Assembly: GCA_052279835.1 (NCBI GenBank)
Contig: CP181291.1
Span: forward strand, 5,888,001 to 5,952,000
Reading direction: 5' to 3'
Length of the DNA: 64,000 nucleotides
From: Microcoleus sp.
GTDB lineage: Bacteria > Cyanobacteriota > Cyanobacteriia > Cyanobacteriales > Microcoleaceae
Below the pieces are notes generated by a model. That model was given only the letters and a program-made list of their open reading frames with translations. It was not told where the DNA came from and did no database searches. Both the position numbers and the translations under genes were made by a program. Positions 43,083 through 53,800 of this stretch are shown piece after piece (the first letter of the stretch is position 1; each line of letters opens with the position of its first letter).

Positions 43083-45242
43083 CTAATCACACCGCCAAAT
43101 CTTAATCGTCTCATCCGCACTTCCACTGACCAGTATATTGCCCAAAGGTGCGATCGCCACCGAATACACCGTACCCACATGACCCTTAAGAGTGCTCAAC
43201 AACTCCCCAGTCTGCAAATTCCAAATTTTCACCGTATTATCATCGCAGCCACTAGCCAAAGTCAAACCATCCCCACTAATCACCACCGAATCGCCCCGAC
43301 TCACATAATTCTGCAAAATATGCACACCCTCATTACTTCCTAAAGTCGGCACACCATTATCTTTGTCATAATTAAAATTTAAAATCCGCAACAAACTGCC
43401 AGTCTGCAAATTCCGCAACTTAATCGTATAATCATTACTAACACTAGCCAGAATCTTGCCATCAGGTCCGATCGCCACAGAATTCACCCCAACATTCAAC
43501 CCCGAAAGAGTCCGCAACAATTTCCCCGTTTCCACATCCCAAATCTTACTCGTGGCATCAGAACTCCCGCTAGCCAAAATTTTACCATCCGGGCTAAAAA
43601 CCACCGCATTCACATTATCAGAATGACCCTTCAAAGTCCGCAGCAACTCCCCACTTCGCAAATTCCAAATTTTAATCGTATTATCCGCCCCGCCACAGCT
43701 AGCAATTACTCGCCCGTTGGGGCTAATCGCCACGGAATTCACCTCCATAGAATGTCCCGGAAAAGTACACAGCAACTCGCCATTATACAAATTCCAAAAT
43801 TTAATAGTCTCGTCCGAACTACCGCTGGCTAGAATTTGCCCATCCGAACTAATAGCCACCGAATTTACTCGATCGGAATGTCCCGTTAGAGTACCAATTA
43901 ATTCCCCGGTTTCTAAATTCCAAATCTTAATAGTTTTATCCCAACTACCACTCGCCAAAGTGAGACCATCAGGACTAATTGCCAAAGAATTAACAAAAGA
44001 TGAATGTCCCGGTAGCGTGTGTACGCAGCGCCATTGATGATTTTTTAACTTATAAGCTAATTCCTTTGCCCGTTGCGATACCGCCAAGGCTTCTTCTCTA
44101 CGTTTGAGTTCAGTCTCCTCCAAACGCTTGCGTTCCGCCTTAGCCTTGGCTTCTCGAACTGCCAGCCGTCGCATTTCCCCTTCATAGGCTATTCGCTGCT
44201 GTTTCTGAATTTCTTTGAGAGTTTCAATGTATGGCAATTCCCAATCTTGAGAAAACCATTCTTGAGCGAATTCTTCCTTTAAATTGAATAACTGAGGTTC
44301 GTGAGTAAAATCGATATTAAGATAATACAAATCTGCTAAAAACGCAGCCAATAACTTGTGAATAGTCACAATAATCTGCCGAATTATTCGCAGGCTGATC
44401 TTGGGATTTTTCCCCTCTGCTTCCAACTGATGGTAAACTTCTTCCCAATTCCAAGGCTGCATCGCCACTAAAGAAACACTTTGATTAATCACTCCCCAAA
44501 ACCCGACATGAAAATTCACTTCATAGTCGCTGATATCGCTATACAATATAGCAGTCGGCACTGGAGACAATACAGTCTGTAACCGCTCCACATCAATATC
44601 AGAAATGGGCTTTTTGAAATAATCTCCGTAAAACTGAACAGGACACAAATCTCCGTACTGAGGATAGTGTTGGTTCAAAAAAGCTCTCAACTTACCAGGA
44701 AGTTCGATATTCAGATTGTGGCGAAAGGAATCAGGGCAATCTTGGCTAATTTTGGCAGGAGCAACTAATAACAGCAATCGGTGTTGCTGCTGCTGCAAAA
44801 TTTGTTCAGTTTCCTGTCTGCTCAAATTAGAAAACCAGTTGTCTCGGTCCCAAACAATTTGGATTTCGCTCAGCTTAACTCGAATTGCTTCTGCTTGAAA
44901 CTCGCGCATTAATTCGCGACATAGCCGACTAATTGCCCGTCGGTCCCTCAATTCTTCTGCCTTAATTCGATTAGCGCGTTCTTCTTTGACCCATTCTTCA
45001 TTTATATTGGCTATCTCCATTAATTCTTCTTCTCTAGCCTGGTGTCGCTGCAAATATTTAACCTGTGCTTTAATCCAGCGGGGGTCTTTTTTGATTTGTT
45101 GATTTAAAGTTGAAGAAGCCGATGGTTCAATTTCTGCAAAACGTTCGTTGACAGCGCTTGCTCCCAATCTTTCTCCCAATTCGTTGGCAATCGGCTTCAA
45201 CAGTTCAATTAGCGCGTCTGAAATGGGGGGGAATAAGGACAT
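43083..45242 (-). CDS. WD40-repeat protein with uncharacterised N-terminal domain
   Basis: About seven GH...V.S.AISPDG..LASGS.D.TIKIW repeats after a coiled-coil linker. Confidence 0.9.
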   Translation of the reverse strand: MSLFPPISDALIELLKPIANELGERLGASAVNERFAEIEPSASSTLNQQIKKDPRWIKAQVKYLQRHQAREEELMEIANINEEWVKEERANRIKAEELRDRRAISRLCRELMREFQAEAIRVKLSEIQIVWDRDNWFSNLSRQETEQILQQQQHRLLLLVAPAKISQDCPDSFRHNLNIELPGKLRAFLNQHYPQYGDLCPVQFYGDYFKKPISDIDVERLQTVLSPVPTAILYSDISDYEVNFHVGFWGVINQSVSLVAMQPWNWEEVYHQLEAEGKNPKISLRIIRQIIVTIHKLLAAFLADLYYLNIDFTHEPQLFNLKEEFAQEWFSQDWELPYIETLKEIQKQQRIAYEGEMRRLAVREAKAKAERKRLEETELKRREEALAVSQRAKELAYKLKNHQWRCVHTLPGHSSFVNSLAISPDGLTLASGSWDKTIKIWNLETGELIGTLTGHSDRVNSVAISSDGQILASGSSDETIKFWNLYNGELLCTFPGHSMEVNSVAISPNGRVIASCGGADNTIKIWNLRSGELLRTLKGHSDNVNAVVFSPDGKILASGSSDATSKIWDVETGKLLRTLSGLNVGVNSVAIGPDGKILASVSNDYTIKLRNLQTGSLLRILNFNYDKDNGVPTLGSNEGVHILQNYVSRGDSVVISGDGLTLASGCDDNTVKIWNLQTGELLSTLKGHVGTVYSVAIAPLGNILVSGSADETIKIWRCD

Positions 45243-45731
45243 AAGTTACTACACATATAAAATGATGGCCAGGAAGAGGGACAGACGGAAATAGCTAAAT
45301 AGTATAGTTGTGAGTTGGTGAGATTGCTTCATCAATCACAACACGAAGCGTTGCATGAGTTGGGGAATGGAAGAGTGTGAGCCTGTTTCTGATGCCTTTT
45401 TACCTTTGGTCTTTTGCCGATCGAGCGGGATTTTTTAGCCCCAGTTCAAAATGAATAAAAAAATCTACGACAGCTTAAAAGTTAAAATTTTTTGTGACTA
45501 GGCGGGGATTTATTAGCGTCGCCTTGGGATTTAACCGATCGCACACCCCCACCTAGTTATCCACACCTTAAATTAATAGTTTGTATATTCTTTACATTTT
45601 ACCGTAGATCTGCCTACAAAGCACTGATAAAAGAGACTCAGGCATATTCGATCGCCCGGACCGGCTGCCTATTCATTTTCCTATTGCCATTTTACTCGCT
45701 CTCGTATATGATTTGAACTCATGACAATAAT

Positions 45732-45757
45732 TACGGTATTCCGACGTAATAACCGTA
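45732..45757. promoter_or_regulatory. Candidate operator TACGGT-N14-ACCGTA upstream of the sulfate transport operon
   Basis: Inverted repeat 24 nt before sbp ATG; an extra ACCGTA half-site at ~45601. Confidence 0.4.
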
Positions 45758-45780
45758 CTTTCAGTAAAGGAACCAATATA

Positions 45781-46926
45781 ATGAGTCCGTGGCAACGCCT
45801 AAGTCAACGTCTTCGCCAGTCACAACCGCAGCCAGTGGGCAAAAGTCAATTATTGACTTCGCTTAAAAGCTTTGTGTCGCTATTTTTACTGGGAATCACA
45901 TTAAGTTTTGCGATCGCCTCCTGCGCGCCCAGTAGCAACAACAATCCCGGAGCCAATCCCGGCGGGGCTGCTAGCCCAAGCGCCAACAAAAGCGTAGAAT
46001 TAACCCTCGTTTCCTTCGCCGTCACCAAAGCCGCCCACGAAGCCATAATTCCCAAATTCGTAGAAAAGTGGCAAAAAGAACAGGGCCAAACCGTCACATT
46101 CAGCCAAAGCTACGGCGGTTCCGGTTCCCAAACCAGAGCCGTAATTGACGGCTTAGAAGCAGACATCGTACACCTAGCCCTCGCCCTCGACACCAAAAAA
46201 ATCGAAAAAGCCGGACTAATTGAGCCTGGGTGGGAAAAAGAAGTCCCTAACGAAGCCATAGTCAGCAAATCTGTAGCAGCCATAGTCACCCGCGATGGGA
46301 ATCCTAAAGGCATCAAAAACTGGGAAGATTTAAGCAAAGATGGAGTGAAACTGATTACCGCCGATCCCAAAACATCGGGGGTAGCTCGCTGGAATTTCCT
46401 AGCACTTTGGGGCTCGGTACTCAAAACCGGAGGAGACGATACCAAAGCATTAGACTTTACTAGCAAAGTCTACAAAAATGTCCCCATCCTGACTAAAGAT
46501 GCCCGCGAAGCCACCGACGTATTTTTCAAACAAGGCCAAGGTGACGCCTTAATCAACTACGAAAACGAGATTATTTTGGCTAGTCAGAAAGGGGAAAAAC
46601 CGACTTATACTATTCCAGAAGTCAATGTTTCCATCGACAATCCCATCGCCATTGTTGATAAAAATGTCACCAAACACGGCACCAAGGAAGTAGCCGAAGC
46701 CTTCGTCAAATTCCTGTACACCCCAGAAGCTCAACGAGAATTTGCCAAAGCCGGATTCCGCCCAGTAGATGCGACAGTGGCTGCGGAACCAGAATTTGCC
46801 CAAAAATATCCCCCTATCAAAACTCTATTTACAGCTCAAGACTTAGGAGGTTGGGGAGAAATTCAGAAGAAATTCTTTGATGACGGAGCTGTTTTTGACA
46901 AAATCCAAGGTTCAATTAAAAGGTAG
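45781..46926 (+). CDS. sbpA: Sulfate ABC transporter substrate-binding lipoprotein
   Basis: Lipobox IASC; QSYGGSGSQ.RAVIDGL.AD, DPKTSG.ARWNFLA, NYENE. Confidence 0.93.
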   Translation: MSPWQRLSQRLRQSQPQPVGKSQLLTSLKSFVSLFLLGITLSFAIASCAPSSNNNPGANPGGAASPSANKSVELTLVSFAVTKAAHEAIIPKFVEKWQKEQGQTVTFSQSYGGSGSQTRAVIDGLEADIVHLALALDTKKIEKAGLIEPGWEKEVPNEAIVSKSVAAIVTRDGNPKGIKNWEDLSKDGVKLITADPKTSGVARWNFLALWGSVLKTGGDDTKALDFTSKVYKNVPILTKDAREATDVFFKQGQGDALINYENEIILASQKGEKPTYTIPEVNVSIDNPIAIVDKNVTKHGTKEVAEAFVKFLYTPEAQREFAKAGFRPVDATVAAEPEFAQKYPPIKTLFTAQDLGGWGEIQKKFFDDGAVFDKIQGSIKR

Positions 46927-47041
46927 TAGCTGGGGCTGGTTACTGAGCGTAGTCGAAGTATACGAAATGATTGGTTTAGTCGAATATGCTTGGTAAAACC
47001 CTCCCCTAGTGCAATTCTTTCCAACTCAAAACTATTCTTAT

Positions 47042-47902
47042 ATGACTGTATCTTCTCCAACCAATAATCCTCAATCTCCGATCGAGCAGATCAAAAGGGC
47101 GATCGGCAAAATCACACTACCTTGGGGAATCACCCTCGGCTACCTCAGCCTCATGCTATTGCTCCCAGTGGCCGCCATGCTCTTGAAAGCCAGCACCGCA
47201 AACCCCGCCGAATTTTGGAAAATTGCCACAAGTCCCATCGCCCTTTCCGCCTACGATGTCACCTTCGTTACGGCATTAATTGCAGCATTAATTAACGGAT
47301 TGTTCGGCACATTAATTGCCTGGGTTTTAGTCCGTTACAATTTTCCCTTAAAAAGAATTATCGATGCGATCGTCGATTTGCCCTTTGCACTGCCCACTTC
47401 CGTTGCAGGTTTAACTCTCGCCACAGTTTACAGCGACAACGGCTGGATTGGTTCGCTGTTTGCACCCTTGGGAATCAAAATCTCCTTTACTCGCTTGGGC
47501 GTAGGTATAGCCATGATATTTATTTCCTTGCCATTTATCGTCCGAACTGTACAGCCAGTTTTAAACGAGATGGAAAAAGACATCGAAGAAGCAGCTTGGT
47601 GTCTAGGTGCTTCTCAATTTCAAACCTTTTGGCGAGTAGTTTTGCCACCCCTATTTCCGTCTATTTTAACCGGAGTTGCCCTGGGATTTTCGCGAGCGGT
47701 TGGCGAGTACGGTTCTACTGTAATTGTCGCCTCTAACATACCGTTCAAAGATTTAATCGCCCCTGTTTTAATTTTTCAAAGATTGGAACAGTATGACTAT
47801 GCAGGAGCCACAGTGATCGGCACTGTCATGTTAGCTATTTCCCTAAGTATGCTGTTTGCAATTAATCTTTTACAAGCATGGAGAAGGCGCTATGACGGCT
47901 AA
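47042..47902 (+). CDS. cysT: Sulfate ABC transporter permease CysT
   Basis: [47 protein letters not shown]. Confidence 0.95.
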   Translation: MTVSSPTNNPQSPIEQIKRAIGKITLPWGITLGYLSLMLLLPVAAMLLKASTANPAEFWKIATSPIALSAYDVTFVTALIAALINGLFGTLIAWVLVRYNFPLKRIIDAIVDLPFALPTSVAGLTLATVYSDNGWIGSLFAPLGIKISFTRLGVGIAMIFISLPFIVRTVQPVLNEMEKDIEEAAWCLGASQFQTFWRVVLPPLFPSILTGVALGFSRAVGEYGSTVIVASNIPFKDLIAPVLIFQRLEQYDYAGATVIGTVMLAISLSMLFAINLLQAWRRRYDG

Positions 47903-48770
47903 TATCAATTCATCCACAGATTACAAATTTCCGGGCGGTAGTTCCACGCAGAGTCAGGAAAAACCCTGGGTTAAGCCAACTTTAATCACCATTGCGATCG
48001 CCTATCTGGCTCTCGTCTTATTTATCCCCACCCTCAACGTTTTTTACCAAGCTTTCAAAAAAGGAGTAGAGCCATTTTTTGCTAACTTAACCTCGCCCGA
48101 TTTTCTGCACGCCGCCCAACTTACCCTGGTGATTTCTTTAATTGTTGTGCCTATTAATACCGTATTCGGTTTGTGCGCGGCCTGGGTAATTGGTCGCAAT
48201 AAATTTCCTGGCCGCACGCTATTAATCAGCATTTTAGATGTACCATTTGCCATATCTCCCGTAGTTGCAGGCTTAATGATTGTACTGCTTTACGGTCGGT
48301 TGGGATGGTTCGGTCCCTGGCTGGAAGCTGCTAATATTAAGGTAATTTTTGCCTTTCCGGGAATGGTGCTGGCTACTGCTTTTGTGACCCTACCTTTTGT
48401 GGCTCGCGAAGTAATTCCGGTGTTGGAAGAAGTCGGAACCGATCAAGAAGAGGCGGCGAAAACTTTGGGTGCAAATGACTGGCAAATTTTCTGGAATGTC
48501 ACTCTTCCCAGTATTCGCTGGGGATTGCTTTACGGAGTAATTTTGACTAATGCTAGAGCCATGGGAGAATTTGGAGCTGTTTCTGTGGTTTCGGGAAATA
48601 TTGCTAAAAAAACCCAAACTTTGCCTCTGTTTGTAGAGGATGCTTACAAGCAGTATGCGACACAAGCGGCTTTTTCCGCGGCGGTTGTTTTGGGTCTTTT
48701 AGCAGTTGTTACTCTCGTACTTAAGGAGATTTTGGAACGAAAAACTAGCATCAAAGAAGTTGAAGAATAG
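47892..48770 (+). CDS. cysW: Sulfate ABC transporter permease CysW
   Basis: [47 protein letters not shown]. Confidence 0.95.
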   Translation: MTANINSSTDYKFPGGSSTQSQEKPWVKPTLITIAIAYLALVLFIPTLNVFYQAFKKGVEPFFANLTSPDFLHAAQLTLVISLIVVPINTVFGLCAAWVIGRNKFPGRTLLISILDVPFAISPVVAGLMIVLLYGRLGWFGPWLEAANIKVIFAFPGMVLATAFVTLPFVAREVIPVLEEVGTDQEEAAKTLGANDWQIFWNVTLPSIRWGLLYGVILTNARAMGEFGAVSVVSGNIAKKTQTLPLFVEDAYKQYATQAAFSAAVVLGLLAVVTLVLKEILERKTSIKEVEE

Positions 48771-48836
48771 TTATTGGTTGTTGGCGATATCAATAACCAA
48801 TGACCAATAAATTGTAACAAACATTCGGAGGTTGAA

Positions 48837-49196
48837 ATGTTAGATCACAATAGTAGCGAATCTCAATTTGAACCCATCGACAATTTTCATAAAACTCAAG
48901 AATCAGACCTTCCCAAATCTGACAGCGACGATACCAGACCAACTCAAACCCGGATTCGTATTCGCGTTCCTAAAGAATACCATCAGGAACCAGTCATCTC
49001 TAACCTGATTTCTGAATACGGTTTAAAGGTTAATTTTAATGCTGCTTTCTTGGGTGTCAAAAATTCTGATGACGGTTGGTTTGATTTGGAACTAAATGGT
49101 CCGGCGAAACAGATTGAGAGTGCTCTGATTTATCTCAATGATTTAGATGTGGAAATTTGGAGTAATTCCAATAATCCCGTTGAGGAAAGTTGGTAA
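48837..49196 (+). CDS. Stand-alone NIL-domain protein
   Basis: RIRVPKEYHQEPVIS.L...GL.VN...A.L...DDGWFDLEL.G. Confidence 0.8.
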   Translation: MLDHNSSESQFEPIDNFHKTQESDLPKSDSDDTRPTQTRIRIRVPKEYHQEPVISNLISEYGLKVNFNAAFLGVKNSDDGWFDLELNGPAKQIESALIYLNDLDVEIWSNSNNPVEESW

Positions 49197-49242
49197 CTCA
49201 CCATCACTAATTACCCAGAACTCATCAAATTAATACGGGATG

Positions 49243-50470
49243 GGGGAAACGAGGGAGACTTCAGTCCTTCCTAGGGAAGCTGCGCGAGGGACTTCAGTCC
49301 CCGTCTTTTTTCTTTCTTTATTTCTTTTTTTCTTTCTTTATTTCTAAATATTTTATTGAGGGAGCTTGAGATATCTAGTATAATAGCTAAAAGTAGACAA
49401 ATCAACCAATATTCAGGAAAATAGAGGTGACTAAACCTCAAAAAACAATGGGAGTTCAGCAAGTATTACTGTCTCCAACCAAAGAAGTTAAAGCATTGTT
49501 GGAGTATCTCTGCCAACAATCAGGTAAACTTTACAACAGTGGGGTTTATTTCGCTCGTCAAACTTTTTTTAAGACCGGAAAACTCTTGACGGGAAAATTC
49601 GACTTATCTTTTGAATCATCAGTTTCAAAATCAATGGTTGCTAAATCGTTGCCATCAACACCAATGCAGCAAACATTGATGTCGGTCACAGAAGCCTTCA
49701 AATCTTTTAAAGAATTAAGAGATTTGTACATCAAAGGTCAATTGCATTTCAAGCCCAAGCCACCGGGATACCTGACAGGTTCTAAGTTGTTCAAAGTAGC
49801 TTATCCAAATTCGGGAGGGTTAAGACCGAAACTTGTTGACAATCAGTTGAAATTTTCCTTGGGTTTGACGGTGAGAAGGTGGTTTGGAGTTTCTGAATTC
49901 TTTTTACCTATGCCATCAAATCGGGATTTTTCTCAGGTGAAAGAGTTTACGATTCTCCCTAAGAATGGTGCTTTTTATCTGGAAATGTCCTACGAGGTTG
50001 AAAAACAACAACATAATCTGGACATTAATCAAGCATTATCAATTGATTTGGGAACTGCTGATAATTTAGCAGCTTGTATCGATACACTAGGAAACTCCTT
50101 CTTATAGGTTAAAAGAACTGTGCGATTTACACGGCATCAGGTTTGCTGAAACTGAAGAAGCATATACATCGAAAGCTAGTTTTTTAGATGGAGACTCCCT
50201 ACCCAAATATGGTGAAAAACCATCGGGGTGGAAAGCATCTGGAAAGCGGATTAAACGTGGACTGTATCAGTCAGCAAATGGCAGGATTGTGAATGCAGAC
50301 TTAAATGGTGCTGCCAATATTCTGAGAAAAGTAGCCAGTAAGTTAGGTGTAGGCTTAAACCAACTGGGTAGACGGTCTTTGACGACCGTAGCGAGAGTTA
50401 GACTTTGGGTATTACCCAAGCCTATTTTTTCCGCAGAATCGAGCGTGTCTTTAGACCGCTTGAGTGTCAA
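49243..50470 (+). mobile_element. Non-autonomous IS200/IS605-family element (no tnpA)
   Basis: Left-end hairpins GAGGGAGACTTCAGTCCTTC and GAGGGACTTCAGTCCCC; right end GAATCGAGCG..CGCTTGAGTGTCAA ending in TCAA at 50467-50470. Confidence 0.8.
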
Positions 50471-50477
50471 ACTCTAG
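49427..50477 (+). pseudogene. tnpB: tnpB with internal deletion and frameshift at ~50104
   Basis: N-terminal part runs to SIDLGT..NLAAC..GNSFL*, then resumes in another frame at 50106 RLKELC..TEEAYTSKASFLD..GKRIKRGLY..NADLNGAANILRK. Confidence 0.88.
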
Positions 50478-50882
50478 GACTAATTAACCATCACTAAGGA
50501 CCCAGGGCTGTGAGATACCCGACCTGTTCAATGGGTATTCTGTTTTTTGCAACAGTTATTTACCTATCTTAGTATTGACATTTTTCATGAATTGTGGTAA
50601 TAAGTTTAATTTAAACACCAAATGTGGCGCGTAAGAATATATAAAAGTATATAAAAAGATGTTTGTAAAACCAGGAACATTATTCCTATGGGAGAGTTCT
50701 AAACAATCAAATTAAATAATTTATTGTAGAGAAGCACAAAAAAACGTTGCTGTCAATACATAAAAAAGCATATGTGGAAGCACGGGCGATCGACTTTATG
50801 GGCACAGGAACAAAAGGCGATCGCTGCTAAGGCTGGTTTGTGTTATCAATTTGATGTGTGGGTGTACCAGAGGAATTAAATC

Positions 50883-53800
50883 ATGGAATTTGACAAAGTA
50901 CGAAACCAACAGATAGTTTTTGTAGATCCAAAAGTTAAAGATTGCGAAATTTTAACGAAAAGCACTGATTTCGATACAGAAGTTATTGTTCTCAAGGGCG
51001 ATCGCGACGGCATCGAGCAAATAGCAGCAACACTCAAACAACGGCAAAATATAGGAGCAGTTCACATTCTGTCTCACGGTGCCGAGGCGTGCGTGCAAAT
51101 AGGTGCAACAGAACTGAATCTAAGTAATATTGAAACTTATCGCGATCGCCTAGAAACATGGTTTGCTTTACCAGCAGAGGAAAACTCGAACTCTCGAATT
51201 ACAGCTAAACCCGAAATTCTACTTTATGGTTGCAACGTCGCCGCCACAGAAGCCGGTGTCGCTTTTGTGCAAAGGCTGAGTCAGCTCACCGGAGCAGAAG
51301 TTGCCGCTTCCAATAACTTGACAGGGAATGCAGCCTTGGGTGGAGACTGGGAACTGGAAGTCACTACAGGCAAAATAGAGACGGCTGTGGCATTTTCCCC
51401 AGAGGCGAGAGAGGCTTACAGCGGTGTCCTTGCTGACTTGCAACAAAAAGTTGCTAACTTTAACGAACTGGTAAATGCCATCAATGTTGCCAACACCAAC
51501 ACAGGGATTGACACGATTACCCTCACTGGCAATATCACCCTCACAGGCCTATTACCGAGAATTACCGACAGCACCACAATTGTTGGTGGTGGTTTCAGGA
51601 TCAGTGGCAATAACAACCGTGCCTTCGTAGTTGATAACACGACATTTAACCTCTCTAACCTCACCATAGATTCTGCAAAAGCAGTAGGCAACCCAGGAAC
51701 CACTGGTGGTGGTGGGGCTGCGGGTTTAGGAGGCGCACTTTTTATCAACGGTGGGACTGTAATTGTTGACAAAGTAACTTTCTCCAGTAACCAGGCAGTC
51801 GGCGGTGCAGGTACTGCTGGGAATGGTGGCAACGGTGGCAACGCTGATTTTGGCACTTTATTCGGAGGCACAGTCGGCACACCTGGCGCAAATGGCCTCA
51901 CGGGTCTAGCAAGCATCGGCGGCCCTGGTGGCCCTGGTGGCCCTGGCAACCCTGGCGGTACTGGCAACCCTGGCGGTACTGGCGGTATTGGCGGTACTGG
52001 CGGTACTGGTGTTGCAGGCTTCTCAGGTGGCGTTGGTGGTGCTGGTGGTGCTGGTGGTGCTGGTAGCGTTGTCGGTAGCGGTGGCGGTGGTGGTGGTGCT
52101 GGTGGCGTTGGCGGTGCTGGCGGTGGTGGTACCCAAGGTAATGGCGGCGCTGGCGGTGCTGGCAGTGCTGGCAACTTTGGTGGCGGCGGTGGCAGTGGCG
52201 GTATCGGTGGCATAGGCACCGCCGCTGGGACTAACGGCGCAGGCGGCCTAGGTGGCTTCGGGGGCGGTGGCGGTAGCGGTAATGCTGCGATCGCTGGTGG
52301 GACTTTTGGCGGTGCAAGTGCGATTGGTTTTGGTGGCGGCGGTGCTGGTTTAGGCGGCGCAATTTTTATCAACGGTGGCACATTCACCATGACCAATAGC
52401 ACCCTGTATAGCAACACCGTGACGGGGGGTGCTTCCGGTGGTGGTACCGCAGTTGCAGGTCAAGCTGCTGGCGGTGCAATTTTTGTCAACACTGGTGCTA
52501 CAGCCACTCTCACTAACAACACGATCGCCTACAACAGTGCCACAGCGGGAACTACAGGTGGCATTTACAACAACGGCGGTACAGTTACGGTCAAAAACAC
52601 GATCGTGGCTGGCAATACTGCCACCACTAACCCCGACCTTACTGGAGCATTCGTCGGGAACAACAACCTGATAGGGGTTCTCGGCACTAGCACTGGTTTG
52701 ACAGTAACTCAACAATTAACCGCTCCTCTGACCATCGCCAATGTATTAGCACCAGTCGCGTCTGCCGGATTGAATGGCGCCACTGGTCCCGCTCCTTTTA
52801 CCCTTGCCCTAGTTGACAACAGCCCCGTTACCACTAGCACTAACCCTGCCATTGGCGGTGGCGACAACACTGCGGCTACTGGTACTACAGACCAACGCGG
52901 CACAGGTTTCCCTCGAAAAATTGACAACACTCTTGTCAATAAACCCAATGTTGACATTGGTGCTTACGAGTACGGCCCCGTCGTCCAGGGTCAGAAATTC
53001 AACGACACCAACGGCAATGCGGCCAAAGACGGGACAGAAGCAACTGTCACAACTCCAGTCCAAAACTTTGTTGTTTATGTAGATGACAACAATAACAGCA
53101 CCCTAGATAGTGCGGAAAAACGGGTGACTGTCGCAACGGGTGGGAATTACACCCTCCTCGACACCAAGAGTAATAGCCCCGTTCGAGAACAGGCAGTAAC
53201 TAATTGGCAGCAAACTTTCCCTACAGCTACCGCTACTCCCTACAACACAGGTATTGCTGACTCTAACAGCAAAGACTTTGGCAACTTCCAGTCCATGACC
53301 ATTAATGGTCTCATCTTTGATGATAAAAACGGCAACGGAACCCAAGACTCAGGAGATACCGGATTACCCAACATCCAGATCAACTTAATCAACTCCGTCA
53401 CCGGAGCAACTATCAGCAGCCAAAACACAACTCCCACTGGTACTTATAGTTTCCAGAGCCTAGGGCCGCTGACCGGCGGTGCTACCTACCGAGTCCGGGA
53501 AGTAGTGCCGACAGGTTCCACAAAAACCACAGTCGATCCCGCCGACATCCCCCTCCAAAGCGGTGCAACTGTCGCTGGCGGAAACTTCGGCAACTTCAAA
53601 AACATCACCATTAGCGGCACCAAATTCGATGACAAAAACGGCAACAGTGTCCTAGACACGGGAGAGGTAGCACCGGCAACTCCTTTTGATATTCAGTTAC
53701 TCAACGCCGCCGGTGCAGTGGTCAAAACCCAAACCACAGCTACCACAGGCAACTACACCTTTACCGATGTTGGGCCAGGCACCTACACCCTAAAGGAAGT

